The notes: generated from the letters alone by a model not told the origin. Positions 18,367 to 28,827 are shown, counted from the first letter of the stretch. The stretch is 64,000 bases of DNA from Acidobacteriota bacterium (GCA_003165315.1 PLSX01000216.1:21172-85171); one strand, 5' to 3'. A program made the numbers and translations.

Positions 18367-20619
18367 TCACTTTACCCTCTCCAGCGCCACTGAGGTGCTA
18401 TCGAAATCGCCTTCGAGAATAAAATTCAATCCATGGTTCATCAGGTACGCCCCGCTCAGTGTCTCCTGGGGGTCCGTTAGTTTCCCGTCGATGCGTTTCA
18501 CCTGGTAGACGGCGGCAGGATCAAGGCCGCGGAGGTAAACCGTTGGTGGCGGATAAAGGAACTGTTGTGAATGCAGGAACGCAAATACCACGGCGTGCTT
18601 TGCGTCGCGTGAAACATATTCGTTCGCGGTAACTTCGCCTTCGCGGGGGGAAAGTAAGCGATACAGGTTGCCGAGTTGCACCGTTTCACGGATGGACTTG
18701 TAGTAGGCAATCATCTGCCGTGCCAGATCAAAGTCTTGATCCGTCCAACGATTCAAGTTGCTTCCAATTCCAAACGCCCCCTGCATGGCCACCAGGAAGC
18801 GAAATTTCAGTGGTGTGGTGCGCCCGTTGATATTGGGGACGTCCGTGACCCAGTCCATCATGACCTGGGGCGGATAAGCCAGGCTCAAGCCTTCCTGTAT
18901 CCGCAGGCGGTCAAAGGCATCGGTATTGTCTGACGTCCACACCTCGTCTACTCGCGTGAGAATCCCAAGGTCCATTCGGCCTCCCCCGCCGGAGCACGAT
19001 TCGATTTCCAGATGGGGATGCCGGGCCCGCAGACGGTCGATGATTTCATAGACGTTCTTCGTGTACTTGACCCAGATCTCCTTCTGTTCGGCGGGTGGAA
19101 CCTCCGCCCAACCCGGCTCACCAAAGTGCCGGTTCATGTCCCACTTGATGAACTCAATGTGGTTCTCATTCAGCATTTTGTCCAAAACTCCGAAGATGTA
19201 ATCTTTCACATCGTCGCGAGCCATGTTCAGGACAAGCTGGTTGCGCCCGAGTTCGCGCGGCCGTCCGGGAAAGTTCATGGCCCAGTCCGGATGCATTCGG
19301 TAGAGGTCGCTATCCGGGTTGATCATCTCCGGTTCAAACCAGAGGCCAAACTTCATTCCCAGCCCGTTCACATGGTCGATGAGGCCTTTCAAACCACGCG
19401 GAAATTTCTGCGGGTTCACAAACCAATCACCCAGACCGGCGTGGTCGTCATTGCGCTTGCCAAACCAGCCATCGTCCATCACAAACAACTCAACGCCCAG
19501 CTTCGCGGCCTTGTCGGCCAGCATTTCCTGCCCTGATTCGTTGACGTCAAAGGTGGTGGCTTCCCACGAGTTGTAGAGCACCGGGCGCGGGTGGGGCGTC
19601 GAGTGGTCAGGCAGCAACTCATCGGTAACAAGATGATGCATCAAGCGCGAAGCCTCGCCAAAACCGGCGCCGGTGAATCCCCCGTAATAGCCGGGCGTGT
19701 CAAGGCTCTCTCCGGGCTTCAGGGGATAGGCGAAATCAAAATCGTTGTATCCGCCCACCACGCGCACCTGCTGTGCGGGAGTCTGCTCCACCACCAGTTT
19801 CCAATTGCCGCTCCACGCAACGCCGCCGAACCAGACGCGGCCGTGCGTCTCATCCGCCTTGCCGCCTTCATCCAGGGCAAACCAGGGATTGAGTTGGTGG
19901 CTGGTGTTGCCCCGGCGGCTTTCCAGCACCACCTTGCCGGGGTGAATCGCCACCTGGCTGATCTGATTTTCACCCGCCCAGCGTCCGGTTAGATAGGTCA
20001 GCCGGTAGCCGTCGCCCGGCGCCACGTACCACACCCCCGATTGCGCGCTCTCCAGCGTCACCGCCTGCGCTGTCCGGTTTTCCACCTGTGAGCTTTTGCG
20101 AATGATGTCCTCGTGGGGAAAGACCTTGTAGATGAGGGTGACGATCAGGTCATATTGAATGTCGCGCGTGCGGAGCTTCAAGGTGTCGCCCTGAATCTCA
20201 TAGGAATCGTATTTCAGCACCAGGTCGCGGTCCCCATCGGCCAGCGTTACCTTCAGGCAGGGTTCGGTGTAAAGCCGCCCACCCCAACCGGGATATTCGA
20301 GACTACTCATCGTCTCGGAAGAATCGAAGGAGGCGTGCTCCGGCCGGGTGTGGGCTGCCTGAAGGTCCTCATCGCGGCCCAGTTTCTTGCCCCAATAAAT
20401 GTTCTGAAGCTGGCCCTGCTCGTTCACGCCCACCACGTAAGTGGTACGGTCGCTTTCAACCACCCATAGCTTGCGCTCAGGGAGATAACGGATGAGGGCG
20501 CTGGACTGCGCTTTCATTGCGAAAGGAAACAGGAAAGAAAACGCTATAAGGGAAAGAACCAAGACCCTGTCATTGCTGCGATTGAAATTCAACATGGGAT
20601 CTCCTCCGGGCGAATCCAA
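18367..20619 (-). CDS. alpha-galactosidase, glycoside hydrolase family 36
   Basis: 750 aa with an N-terminal signal peptide. GH36 hallmarks are YNSWEATTFDVNE, MDDGWF, FIKWDMNR and ESCSGGGGRMD. Confidence 0.9.
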   Translation of the reverse strand: MDSPGGDPMLNFNRSNDRVLVLSLIAFSFLFPFAMKAQSSALIRYLPERKLWVVESDRTTYVVGVNEQGQLQNIYWGKKLGRDEDLQAAHTRPEHASFDSSETMSSLEYPGWGGRLYTEPCLKVTLADGDRDLVLKYDSYEIQGDTLKLRTRDIQYDLIVTLIYKVFPHEDIIRKSSQVENRTAQAVTLESAQSGVWYVAPGDGYRLTYLTGRWAGENQISQVAIHPGKVVLESRRGNTSHQLNPWFALDEGGKADETHGRVWFGGVAWSGNWKLVVEQTPAQQVRVVGGYNDFDFAYPLKPGESLDTPGYYGGFTGAGFGEASRLMHHLVTDELLPDHSTPHPRPVLYNSWEATTFDVNESGQEMLADKAAKLGVELFVMDDGWFGKRNDDHAGLGDWFVNPQKFPRGLKGLIDHVNGLGMKFGLWFEPEMINPDSDLYRMHPDWAMNFPGRPRELGRNQLVLNMARDDVKDYIFGVLDKMLNENHIEFIKWDMNRHFGEPGWAEVPPAEQKEIWVKYTKNVYEIIDRLRARHPHLEIESCSGGGGRMDLGILTRVDEVWTSDNTDAFDRLRIQEGLSLAYPPQVMMDWVTDVPNINGRTTPLKFRFLVAMQGAFGIGSNLNRWTDQDFDLARQMIAYYKSIRETVQLGNLYRLLSPREGEVTANEYVSRDAKHAVVFAFLHSQQFLYPPPTVYLRGLDPAAVYQVKRIDGKLTDPQETLSGAYLMNHGLNFILEGDFDSTSVALERVK

Positions 20620-20709
20620 GCCTCGTGGGCGACTCAGGCGGAGAGTATACCTGAAATGGCCGCGTCATTGCCGGAGTGTGAAGAACACGTTGGCGGCCGA
20701 AGAAACCGG

Positions 20710-20806
20710 CCTTAGGGTGCGGTAGCAGTAGCTACAGCCTTTCTGGCTCTGTTCCGGAGCGATGTTGCTGTGAGAAGGCGGTAGCTGCTGCTACCGCACC
20801 CTAAGG
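20710..20806. repeat. REP-like long hairpin (26-bp stem with one G-U position, 45-nt loop)
   Basis: CCTTAGGGTGCGGTAGCAGTAGCTAC (20710-20735) pairs with GTAGCTGCTGCTACCGCACCCTAAGG (20781-20806). It contains the GTAGC/GCTAC words shared by other hairpins in this window. Confidence 0.85.
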
Positions 20807-20976
20807 CGCTTCACGCAGACGTAGAGGTTGCAAGTCATAAGTGAATAGTATTGGGGCTGGCCTGTGCGTTACCACCTTGTTGCCAGGCGCATCGGCTCCT
20901 TTCGGTGATTACAGTGCTGGACACGCGGGGGATAATTTCGCAGAATATTAGGCAGGCCCGAGACACTACTGTTGCA

Positions 20977-21768
20977 ATGGGCTCACAGGCTGGATGGTGC
21001 ACCTTGGGAATTTCCCCGTCCCACCCCAAAAATCCGACTCCCACCGCTGAGTACGTGCTGGGGAAGTTTGTTCCCATCTCGCGGCTGACGCACGACTGGG
21101 AATTTCATTCCGACGTCACCCTGAGCCCGGCGGAAGAGCGCACCATTGTGCGTGAGCCAGTGCAGGCCATCCCGGCGGCAATTGCCCTGCGCCTGGGAAA
21201 AGTGCGGGTGCTGGCCGTGGCCTATATTGCCTGCCTGGATTCAGGCGACGTAGTATGCCGGCAGAAGCCGAGCGGGGAAGCACACACCGCCGCGTGGGTG
21301 GAGTCTCCCGATCAAATCAACCTGCTGCTGGCCTGCCGTGAGCTGGACGCACATGATACAGGATTTGAACTTCTGGGCAGCGCGGCGGAGCTGCTCCGCC
21401 CGCGCCTGACCCCCTCGGAATTAGCGGCTTACACCCAGATGCTGGAGGAGGAACTTCGCCACGGAGTGCGCGGCGAAATTGATGAGGATGCCCTGACGGC
21501 CAAGCAGATCTACCTGCCCACGCGCGGAGGACGCCGCGCCCGCCCCCAGTTTGAGCGCTACCGCGACATCTCGTTTGTCAGCACCACCGCCGAGTATATC
21601 CACGGACTCTGGCACGACGTGCAGATCCGCGTCGGCCCGGAGCACCTGCCCATCGCCCAACTTCGCCGCCGCATGGACCTGATGGCGGAGCTCTTCCCGC
21701 CCAACGAAGGCTATCGCGTGTTCGATGAAGCTATGGACAAGGACGAAGCCACGGAAAAAGCGGAGTAG
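20977..21768 (+). CDS. hypothetical protein
   Basis: Long ORF with protein-like composition and an acidic C-terminus. The start is uncertain (ORF track 20851; I prefer Met 20977). No family recognised. Confidence 0.45.
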   Translation: MGSQAGWCTLGISPSHPKNPTPTAEYVLGKFVPISRLTHDWEFHSDVTLSPAEERTIVREPVQAIPAAIALRLGKVRVLAVAYIACLDSGDVVCRQKPSGEAHTAAWVESPDQINLLLACRELDAHDTGFELLGSAAELLRPRLTPSELAAYTQMLEEELRHGVRGEIDEDALTAKQIYLPTRGGRRARPQFERYRDISFVSTTAEYIHGLWHDVQIRVGPEHLPIAQLRRRMDLMAELFPPNEGYRVFDEAMDKDEATEKAE

Positions 21769-21819
21769 TTGATCCGCCGCGCCTGCCTAAAATACAGCCC
21801 AGCTTATTGACGGACAATC

Positions 21820-22470
21820 TTGATTCTGCCTCCTGTGGTTCTCCCGGGCGGGCACAGAAACCGGACTATAACCATAAGGCTTTTCTTTGCGGGAGTATTT
21901 ATACTCGTGGGAGTTTTGGGCGAGTTCTTGATTGTTGAAAGGATAAGCCCCCAAACCAATCCGTTCGAACTGAGATTTTCCATTCCATTAATCGTGGGCT
22001 TGATCGTCGCCGCCAAATTTCTATTCAGCGAACGCAGCTCCTGGGTAAACAGAAACGGTGTCCTGACGTACCGGCGCAGGAATGAACTTGTTTCGGATAG
22101 TTACCGCGCACGCAGGGCGTTTGAGTTGAGGGATCTTGACACTCAAGAGGGGTGGTACCTCATCGAGCTCGATACGGGGAAGGTTCTTTGCCTTTGGGAC
22201 AATCTACCCAGTGGCCCATTGGGTTTTGACGCGATGAATCCCGAGGTCCGGCGATTCCCCTGCACGGAATTCGCCGTCCTCCGCCACCCCACTGAAAATT
22301 TCACGGCGGAGGTTGATTGCGGCGGGCAGGTGATTAAGCCAGTGACCATTCATTTGGGCAATCACTATGACGACTGGCTCTATACCTACGTCCCAAAGGA
22401 CGGAGAGGTGATTCCGAACAAGACCTTTGACGAAGCGCTGGCGGACATGCAGAAAGAAAATGGCGCGTGA
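21820..22470 (+). CDS. hypothetical membrane protein (two N-terminal TM helices)
   Basis: 216 aa with a TTG start. Two hydrophobic helices (LFFAGVFILVGVLGEFLIV, FSIPLIVGLIVAAKFLF) are followed by a soluble domain. The DNA is visibly lower in GC than its surroundings. No family recognised. Confidence 0.45.
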   Translation: MILPPVVLPGGHRNRTITIRLFFAGVFILVGVLGEFLIVERISPQTNPFELRFSIPLIVGLIVAAKFLFSERSSWVNRNGVLTYRRRNELVSDSYRARRAFELRDLDTQEGWYLIELDTGKVLCLWDNLPSGPLGFDAMNPEVRRFPCTEFAVLRHPTENFTAEVDCGGQVIKPVTIHLGNHYDDWLYTYVPKDGEVIPNKTFDEALADMQKENGA

Positions 22471-22814
22471 TGAGTGCTGCTTTGAATTCTGCAGACCCCG
22501 CCGAATTTTGGACCTCATTGACAGGCGAAGATCGCAGTGACGGTGGCTACCCCACTGGCGCAGAGAATAAGGGCGACCGTTATTGGACCTGGAGTCATCC
22601 CGCAATCGACTTGCAAGTGTTCCCGGTTTTCGATACCATTCAAGCGTAAAATTGGAAAAACAGCCGTTCTTAAACGGAGAATGTAAGAGTTCTTCGCAAA
22701 CCCTATTCATTTGAAAACATGGCGTGAATGCTGTCACGGCGTCCGCCACCCGTGGGCCATGCTGGTTTACGCAGTGGACGTACAGTTCCAAAATCTCACA
22801 AGGGGGACGAGACC

Positions 22815-23594
22815 ATGGTTAGGAAACATCTGCTCTTGGTTGTAATTCTTCTCGCCGCGACGACGATCGCCAATGCCTTTGCACAAACCACCCAAAGCCA
22901 AACAAATGGATCCTCGGCGACCACTCTGACGAATAAGGACGTGCTGGACCTGGTGAAAGCAGAAATGCCTTCCGAGGTCATTGTGGCCAAAATCCAAAGC
23001 TCCCCATGCGACTTTGACACCTCCCCCGGCGCGCTCAAAAGCTTGAAGGCAGCAGGGGTTCCTGGTCCGGTTATCCTGGCGATGGTAAAAGCGTCCGCGC
23101 CGGCCCCAGAACCCGCGCCCGCGCCCGCTCCAGCCAAAGCCGAGACAGGCTCCAGTGGCCACGGCAAATCACTTTGGATTTCGAAATTCGTATGTCCCAC
23201 CGATGCATCGGATGTCACCGCCACTGTGCAGAATGATGACCTTGCGGCCTTGCAGCAGAGCAGCCTGTTTGACAGAGTCTTGTCATTTGCCAACAATCCC
23301 GCGCAACCGGCGGGCGCCTGGGTGCTATCGGCAAGGGTGACCGACTACGCCAATGGGAACACGGCGGAACGCGTTCTTCTCGGCTTTGGGACCGGTCGCG
23401 CCCATATTGTTGTGGCATATGAACTGCACGATCCTGGCGGGGCCGTTGTATGGTCCCAATCGATTAAGACGCAACCGCCGTATTTTAGTTCCGCGGGTGG
23501 CATGGGCGGCGTCCAGAACCAGCACCAGGCAGAGAACGAACAGCCCCGTAAGCTCCTGGCCGCACTTTCAAAGTACTTTGGCGGGGGGATGTGA
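22815..23594 (+). CDS. secreted hypothetical protein with a Pro/Ala-rich linker
   Basis: Met at 22815 preceded by AAGGGGGA. Signal peptide MVRKHLLLVVILLAATTIANAFAQ, linker APAPEPAPAPAPAKAE, then a C-terminal ~130-aa domain. Confidence 0.6.
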   Translation: MVRKHLLLVVILLAATTIANAFAQTTQSQTNGSSATTLTNKDVLDLVKAEMPSEVIVAKIQSSPCDFDTSPGALKSLKAAGVPGPVILAMVKASAPAPEPAPAPAPAKAETGSSGHGKSLWISKFVCPTDASDVTATVQNDDLAALQQSSLFDRVLSFANNPAQPAGAWVLSARVTDYANGNTAERVLLGFGTGRAHIVVAYELHDPGGAVVWSQSIKTQPPYFSSAGGMGGVQNQHQAENEQPRKLLAALSKYFGGGM

Positions 23595-24022
23595 CTTTCG
23601 GACGCTGCCGGTTCCCATGCTTTCCAGATGTCTAATGCTCGTCCGCCGTCAACCGCATGGCGGTCCCAAGCACTTTGTCGCTGATGGCGTGGGGCAGGCG
23701 TGCCAGTGTCTCCGTCCACCCCCAGCGCGAAGCCCTTTTGAAGTGCGGCCGCGAAGCTGCCGCTTTAACCCTTCAATGTGAAAGACAAACCTTTGAGAAA
23801 GATAGAGAGTGCCAAGACCCAAGGCAAAAGAGCCCAAGCGACACCTTCGCGGTCGCACTCCATAGGTCACTGCGTGACCAAAGCGATAACTCCGCGGGCG
23901 CAGTCAAAGCCAGCGTACCGTCGTCCTGCTCTTTGGGAGCGCGGTTCCTCCCATCAGGATTACGGAAAGCAGCTTTTTTCACAGCTTCCTGTCCCTCGGG
24001 TTTCGATGATGGCTTCGTTTGA

Positions 24023-24535
24023 TCAATGGATGCCAATCAGCAGGCCGCCGCTTATACTGATTGATTGATCGTGCCCTCGCCCAAAATCGTAATCGTAACT
24101 CGGTTCCAGATACCAGCCGAATTTATGCCTTCCCGAAGGCCAAAACATAAAATCCAGCGCGACTTCCCCGCCGGCTGAATTTGTCACTACGTTGTAGCGG
24201 CTGGTATGAATCCACTCCGGACCAACGCCGAACATAAACTCCGCTTTGCGGGAGAGCGTCCACGGCTTTTTGAACAGAAGGTCGGTATCCCATTCCGTCG
24301 AGTGGCGAGCGAATAGCGGCGTCACTCCCGCCTCAAGTTCCAGCCAGTTCTCAATCGGCGTAACCTCAACCGCCACCGTGGGGCCGAAGCTCGATCCGCC
24401 GCCTTTGAGGCTGCGATCCGGAGCTGCCCCAATTTCCAGGGTTGCGGCAGGGTCCTTATCCACCGACTGCGCAAAGGCATTCGCAGAGCAGAGGAACAAA
24501 AACGCCATCAACACGGATTTTGCCGCGGCCTTCAT
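24023..24535 (-). CDS. secreted hypothetical protein (beta-rich)
   Basis: Signal peptide MKAAAKSVLMAFLFLCSANAFAQ from the Met at 24535. About 170 aa. No family recognised. Confidence 0.5.
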   Translation of the reverse strand: MKAAAKSVLMAFLFLCSANAFAQSVDKDPAATLEIGAAPDRSLKGGGSSFGPTVAVEVTPIENWLELEAGVTPLFARHSTEWDTDLLFKKPWTLSRKAEFMFGVGPEWIHTSRYNVVTNSAGGEVALDFMFWPSGRHKFGWYLEPSYDYDFGRGHDQSISISGGLLIGIH

Positions 24536-24579
24536 GACCTCGCCGTGATCCATATCATCCACTATATACGGGGATGCAA

Positions 24580-24632
24580 GTTGTAGCATCGATCTCCGAC
24601 CGACGGCGGCGGTCGGAAACCGCCGCTACAAC
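24580..24632. repeat. imperfect GTAGC/GCTAC-type REP-like hairpin
   Basis: GTTGTAGC (24580-24587) pairs with GCTACAAC (24625-24632). An inner stem TCCGACCG/CGGTCGGA lies between them. Confidence 0.6.
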
Positions 24633-24656
24633 CGGATGCGCGAACACTTATGTCCC

Positions 24657-24824
24657 TCAGCCTAATATGTCACCTGCAGGCAATACAGGAAGTTTAGATT
24701 CTCTCTTCGGCAATTGCCCATTGCTGACGCTGATCTTCCACATCCCGCCGAGCGGCCTCTGCGCCAGCGCCATAAGGGGACTAAGCACGGAGATCCAGAA
24801 TCCGAACACTATCAGTTTCTTCAT
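24657..24824 (-). CDS. possible small secreted protein (55 aa), below the ORF-track cut-off
   Basis: ATG at 24824 gives MKKLIVFGFWISVLSPLMALAQRPLGGMWKISVSNGQLPKRESKLPVLPAGDILG*. It has a signal-peptide-like N-terminus and AAGG 8 nt upstream. Confidence 0.3.
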   Translation of the reverse strand: MKKLIVFGFWISVLSPLMALAQRPLGGMWKISVSNGQLPKRESKLPVLPAGDILG

Positions 24825-25142
24825 CGCTTGTGCCTTCAGCGCTCTGGAAAAGGATTTGGAATTTGCCCTGGGGAAGGCCGGAGTATATCTCGAACTGCCT
24901 CGTTTGCAGGCACAATTATGACAAAATGACCGATACGGCGGCTGCTCAAGAATGCATCCTCAAGCAGCATCCAGCACCTTGAAGCTGCATTCCCCACCCT
25001 GAATTCTGCCCTATGGCCTTTTCAAATAATTATGCACTTTAACGTTGCAAGGGCGATTCAAAAGTCCCCGTGCAATTTAGTACAAAGCAGGTATGAAATC
25101 GCCCCAATGAACCGTGCAAGCAGATTTTGCCAAAAGGCAGGT

Positions 25143-25173
25143 GCCGTCCCCGTTTTCGGGGACGGCATTTTTT
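25143..25173. terminator. intrinsic terminator hairpin 3' of hemA, potentially bidirectional
   Basis: GCCGTCCCCG-TTTT-CGGGGACGGC. On the + strand it is followed directly by ATTTTTT. On the - strand (hemA direction) an A-run precedes it and CTTTT follows 8 nt later. Confidence 0.7.
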
Positions 25174-25191
25174 GGGCTTTGAAAAGATGGG

Positions 25192-26490
25192 CTAATTTAT
25201 GATTGCTGAGGCTGTGTCAGGTGAGACTTCTTGCAGATGAAAAATCGTTCGCACGACGTCGATGAACTCCGAGCGATCGGGACGTCCAGCCGCCTGCTTC
25301 AACTCGGTGAAGGGCGTGTGCAGAATCTTGTTCACCAGACCGTGGGTCAGAGCTTCAAGCGCCTGTTCCTGGTCCGGGGTTAATTCGCCGAACATGCGCC
25401 GCATGCGCTTCATTTCCGCTTGACGAATTTCTTCCACGCGCCGCTTAAGGCAGACAATGGTAGGCACCACGTTCAATTGTTCCTGGCGGGCGCGGAACAA
25501 CTCAATCTCTTCCGCCAGAATATGGTCCGCCGCTTCCATCGCCTTTTCCCGTTCGTGCAAATTGTGGTGGGTCACTTCTTCCAGGCCATCGATGTTGACG
25601 AGCGTACAGCCGGCCACTTCGCGCACGGCCGGGTCCACATCGCGGGGCACGGCAATATCGATCAGAAAGATCGGCCGGCCATTGCGCGCCGGCATCAAGC
25701 GCTCCATATCGTCGCGGGTAATAATGTAGTGGGGGCAGCCGGTGGAGCTGATCACGATGTCGGCGCCCTGCATGGCCTGCCAAATTTCACTAAACTGAAC
25801 CGCCAGTCCGCGCAGCTCATTGGCCAGAGCGACGGCATGGGTGTGGGTCCGATTGCTAACCAGTACCGTCGAGACGCCTTTTGAAACCAGGTGGCGGGCA
25901 GCAAGCTCACCCATCTGCCCGGCGCCGATAATCATCACCGTCTTATCTTGTAAGCCACCGAAGGTCTGCTCCGCCATCTCGACCGCGGCAGAGCTGATGG
26001 AGACCGGCGCTTCCGCCACGTGAGTTTCGGTCCGCACCCGCTTGGCCGTGTTGAAGACGCGATGGAAAACTGATTCCAGCGCATTCCCGCAAGTCTCCGC
26101 TTCCTTGGCCAGAAAATACGCCTGCTTCACCTGGCCAAGAACCTGGGGCTCACCCACAATCATGGAATCCAAACCTGAGGCCACCCGGAACAGGTGGCGC
26201 ATCGCTTCCTCTTCCCGGTGAACGTAAAAGCAGTCGGCGAATTCATCAAAACGAATACCGTAAAACGACTCGGCAAACCGGCGGAAGGCCGCCATGCCAT
26301 CGAGCTTTTCAAAGGCCACCAAAACGAATTCCACTCGATTGCAGGTGGAGATGATTACTGCTTCCTCGATCTCCGGCTCGTTCTGAAGGCGGCGAAGGGC
26401 TTCGGGCGTGGTCCGCTCATTCAGTGAAAACCGCTCGCGCAATTCCAACGGCGCCTTCTTGTGACTGATTCCCACTACAACAAGATTCAT
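25192..26490 (-). CDS. hemA: glutamyl-tRNA reductase
   Basis: 432 aa. MNLVVVGISHKKAPLELRERFS..., ISTCNRVEF (catalytic Cys) and the NADPH-binding GAGQMGELAARHL are all diagnostic of HemA. Confidence 0.95.
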   Translation of the reverse strand: MNLVVVGISHKKAPLELRERFSLNERTTPEALRRLQNEPEIEEAVIISTCNRVEFVLVAFEKLDGMAAFRRFAESFYGIRFDEFADCFYVHREEEAMRHLFRVASGLDSMIVGEPQVLGQVKQAYFLAKEAETCGNALESVFHRVFNTAKRVRTETHVAEAPVSISSAAVEMAEQTFGGLQDKTVMIIGAGQMGELAARHLVSKGVSTVLVSNRTHTHAVALANELRGLAVQFSEIWQAMQGADIVISSTGCPHYIITRDDMERLMPARNGRPIFLIDIAVPRDVDPAVREVAGCTLVNIDGLEEVTHHNLHEREKAMEAADHILAEEIELFRARQEQLNVVPTIVCLKRRVEEIRQAEMKRMRRMFGELTPDQEQALEALTHGLVNKILHTPFTELKQAAGRPDRSEFIDVVRTIFHLQEVSPDTASAIIN

Positions 26491-26938
26491 GAAAGATGTC
26501 CTTATAAGTGCAAATGATGATCGAGTAGGGCTAAATGTCGCTCACCAGACGCCCTCGGGGACTGAGAAGGGCAAGCAGCATGCCATTCCGTCAACGATAA
26601 GGTGTAAAAAAATTCTACAAACTACGCAAATGGTTCACCCTTTGGGTTCATGTAGATAAGCTGATGGGGCGGTTTCGGACAGAGGGTCTTATGTCAGCAA
26701 AGTCCGAACGCGCTGAGTCATTTGCCGCAAACGCATCGGAGATTTCGCGCAAATGGTTTCCTTACAATCAGGTACAGAAGGCTGAAGGCCCCTAAGTTTT
26801 GCAATATCCTAGGTGTACAAAAATTATACAGTGGGACCCTATGGTATTCAGAATGCTCCCAGAGATTTTGGGTGTGTCTGATTAAAGACTTAATGTCGCT
26901 CGAACCTACACACCCTTTATTTAAGGAGGTTTAATTCT

Positions 26939-27151
26939 ATGAAACTGATCAAGACAGTATTTTTGGTCGTCTTTGCCGTTGCCATGACTTTACCTTTTGG
27001 AATGGGCAAACCTGAATATGCCAAGAAAGAGGGCAAGGGTTGCACGTTCTGCCATCCGGCGGGAAAAATGAAGGAACTCACTCCCGCAGGTCAATACTAT
27101 AAGGACCACAACCATTCGCTCGAAGGGTACAAGGCCCCGGCTGCCAATTAG
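26939..27151 (+). CDS. mini c-type cytochrome (single CxxCH, ~45-aa mature protein)
   Basis: Strong RBS (AAGGAGG) 9 nt upstream. Signal peptide MKLIKTVFLVVFAVAMTLPFGMG, one haem-binding motif CTFCH. It is a paralog of 29165-29377. Confidence 0.7.
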   Translation: MKLIKTVFLVVFAVAMTLPFGMGKPEYAKKEGKGCTFCHPAGKMKELTPAGQYYKDHNHSLEGYKAPAAN

Positions 27152-27152
27152 T

Positions 27153-27220
27153 CCGAAGCCTTCGGCCGCGAGGGCGGGGAAAGTCGAACAGAGCCCCACC
27201 CTCGCGGGCCGACATTTTGA
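27153..27220 (+). terminator. candidate attenuator/terminator hairpins after the first mini-cytochrome gene
   Basis: CCGAAG/CTTCGG mini-hairpin, then the stem CGCGAGGGCGGGG (27167-27179) with CCCCACCCTCGCG (27194-27206). TTTT follows 9 nt downstream, so the U-tract is weak. Confidence 0.35.
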
Positions 27221-27333
27221 GTACGAATTTTCACTAAGTGTTCAAAACTGCACATTGCGCGGTTGGCTCGAAGTAGTAGAATGCCACCACTCTGCGGAAT
27301 AATTCGCTGCGGGGACGAGAGAGGATTTAGGTT

Positions 27334-28827
27334 TTGCCGGAACCCACTAGCAACAATGCTCCCAAAATTTTCGATAAGTTGCGGGGTGTAATTCGCCCTG
27401 CATTTTACCTTAGTCAGAATGCGATCAGCCGGACGGGAGTGGTGATCGCCACAACGACCGGCATCACCCTGGTTTTTGCATTTATTCTGCTCATTTTCGG
27501 GTTCCAACCCAATCCTTATGCCGGGATTGTGGTTTTGATGATTCTGCCAGCCATCTTTGCCTTGGGACTCATCCTGATTCCCATCGGCATCGTGCGGGAT
27601 GTGCGCAAGTTTCGGCGCTTGGGCACTCTTCCCTCGACGTACCCCACGGTCGATTTTTCGCATCAGGGGGTGCGGCGGACGGCGCTGTTTGTGGTCATCA
27701 TGACGGCCATCAACATTCCCATCTTCGCCTTTGCCACTTACCAGGGAACCGTCTTCATGGAGTCCACCCAATTCTGTGGACAAACCTGCCACAAGGTAAT
27801 GGATCCGGAATATACGGCCTACCAGCGCTCTCCCCATGCCCGCGTGGCCTGCGTGGAGTGCCATATTGGGCCGGGCGCGCCATGGTTCGTGCGGTCCAAG
27901 CTTTCCGGGAGCTACCAGGTCCTGGCTGTGACATTTGACCTCTATCCTCGTCCGATTCCCACGCCCATCCACAATTTGCGTCCGGCGCGGGAAACCTGCG
28001 AGCAGTGCCATTGGCCCGAACGTTTTTCCGGCGACAAATTGGTGATCAAGACCAAGTATGGCGACGACGAAAAGAACTCCTCCACCAAAACCGTGCTCAT
28101 GGTTCATATTGGCGGGCGCAATCAGGATAGCAAGTTGGTGGGGATTCATGGACGCCATTTGGGACTGGTGTCATACCTCCCGGCAGACGGTAAACGGCAA
28201 GCGATTCCCTGGGTGAGCTATCGAACCGTGGATGGAACCGTGACGGATTACGTCTCGACGGATGCTCCACCCAAGGCTGATTTGTTGGCAAGCGGCGAGC
28301 GGCGCACCATGGATTGCGTGGACTGCCACAATCGGCCCACGCACACTTTTGACCTTCCGGAAAACGCCGTGAACAAGGCCATGGCGGCGGGCCGCATCGA
28401 TCCTGCACTCCCGTTCATTCACAAGAAGGCCATCGAACTTCTGAAGGTGAAATATCAAAGCCGCGAGGCGGCGGCGGCTGAACTGCCGGAAGCTTTGCGC
28501 GAATTCTACCAGAAAAACTACCCGGCGGTTTACAGCTTACAACACGCGGCGATTGAGGAAGCCGCCAAGGGAATTCTGTACATTTACCAGGGGAATGTCT
28601 TCCCCGAAATGAACATCACTTGGGGGACGTATCCCAACAATCTTGGCCACACGGATTTCAGCAATCCAGACCAGCAAAGCTTTCCTGGCTGCTTCCGATG
28701 CCACGATGGCAATCACAAGTCGAAGGACGGCAAGGAAATCACCCAGGATTGCAATGCCTGCCATGCGCTTCTGGCCCAGGATGAGGCCGACCCCAAGATT
28801 CTTCATGAAATGGCTGGAGGGAATTGA
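27334..28827 (+). CDS. membrane-anchored multihaem c-type cytochrome, NapC/NirT-like with six CxxCH motifs
   Basis: Three N-terminal TM helices, then CGQTCH, CVECH, CEQCH, CVDCH, CFRCH and CNACH. 497 aa. The TTG start follows the ORF track. Confidence 0.85.
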   Translation: MPEPTSNNAPKIFDKLRGVIRPAFYLSQNAISRTGVVIATTTGITLVFAFILLIFGFQPNPYAGIVVLMILPAIFALGLILIPIGIVRDVRKFRRLGTLPSTYPTVDFSHQGVRRTALFVVIMTAINIPIFAFATYQGTVFMESTQFCGQTCHKVMDPEYTAYQRSPHARVACVECHIGPGAPWFVRSKLSGSYQVLAVTFDLYPRPIPTPIHNLRPARETCEQCHWPERFSGDKLVIKTKYGDDEKNSSTKTVLMVHIGGRNQDSKLVGIHGRHLGLVSYLPADGKRQAIPWVSYRTVDGTVTDYVSTDAPPKADLLASGERRTMDCVDCHNRPTHTFDLPENAVNKAMAAGRIDPALPFIHKKAIELLKVKYQSREAAAAELPEALREFYQKNYPAVYSLQHAAIEEAAKGILYIYQGNVFPEMNITWGTYPNNLGHTDFSNPDQQSFPGCFRCHDGNHKSKDGKEITQDCNACHALLAQDEADPKILHEMAGGN

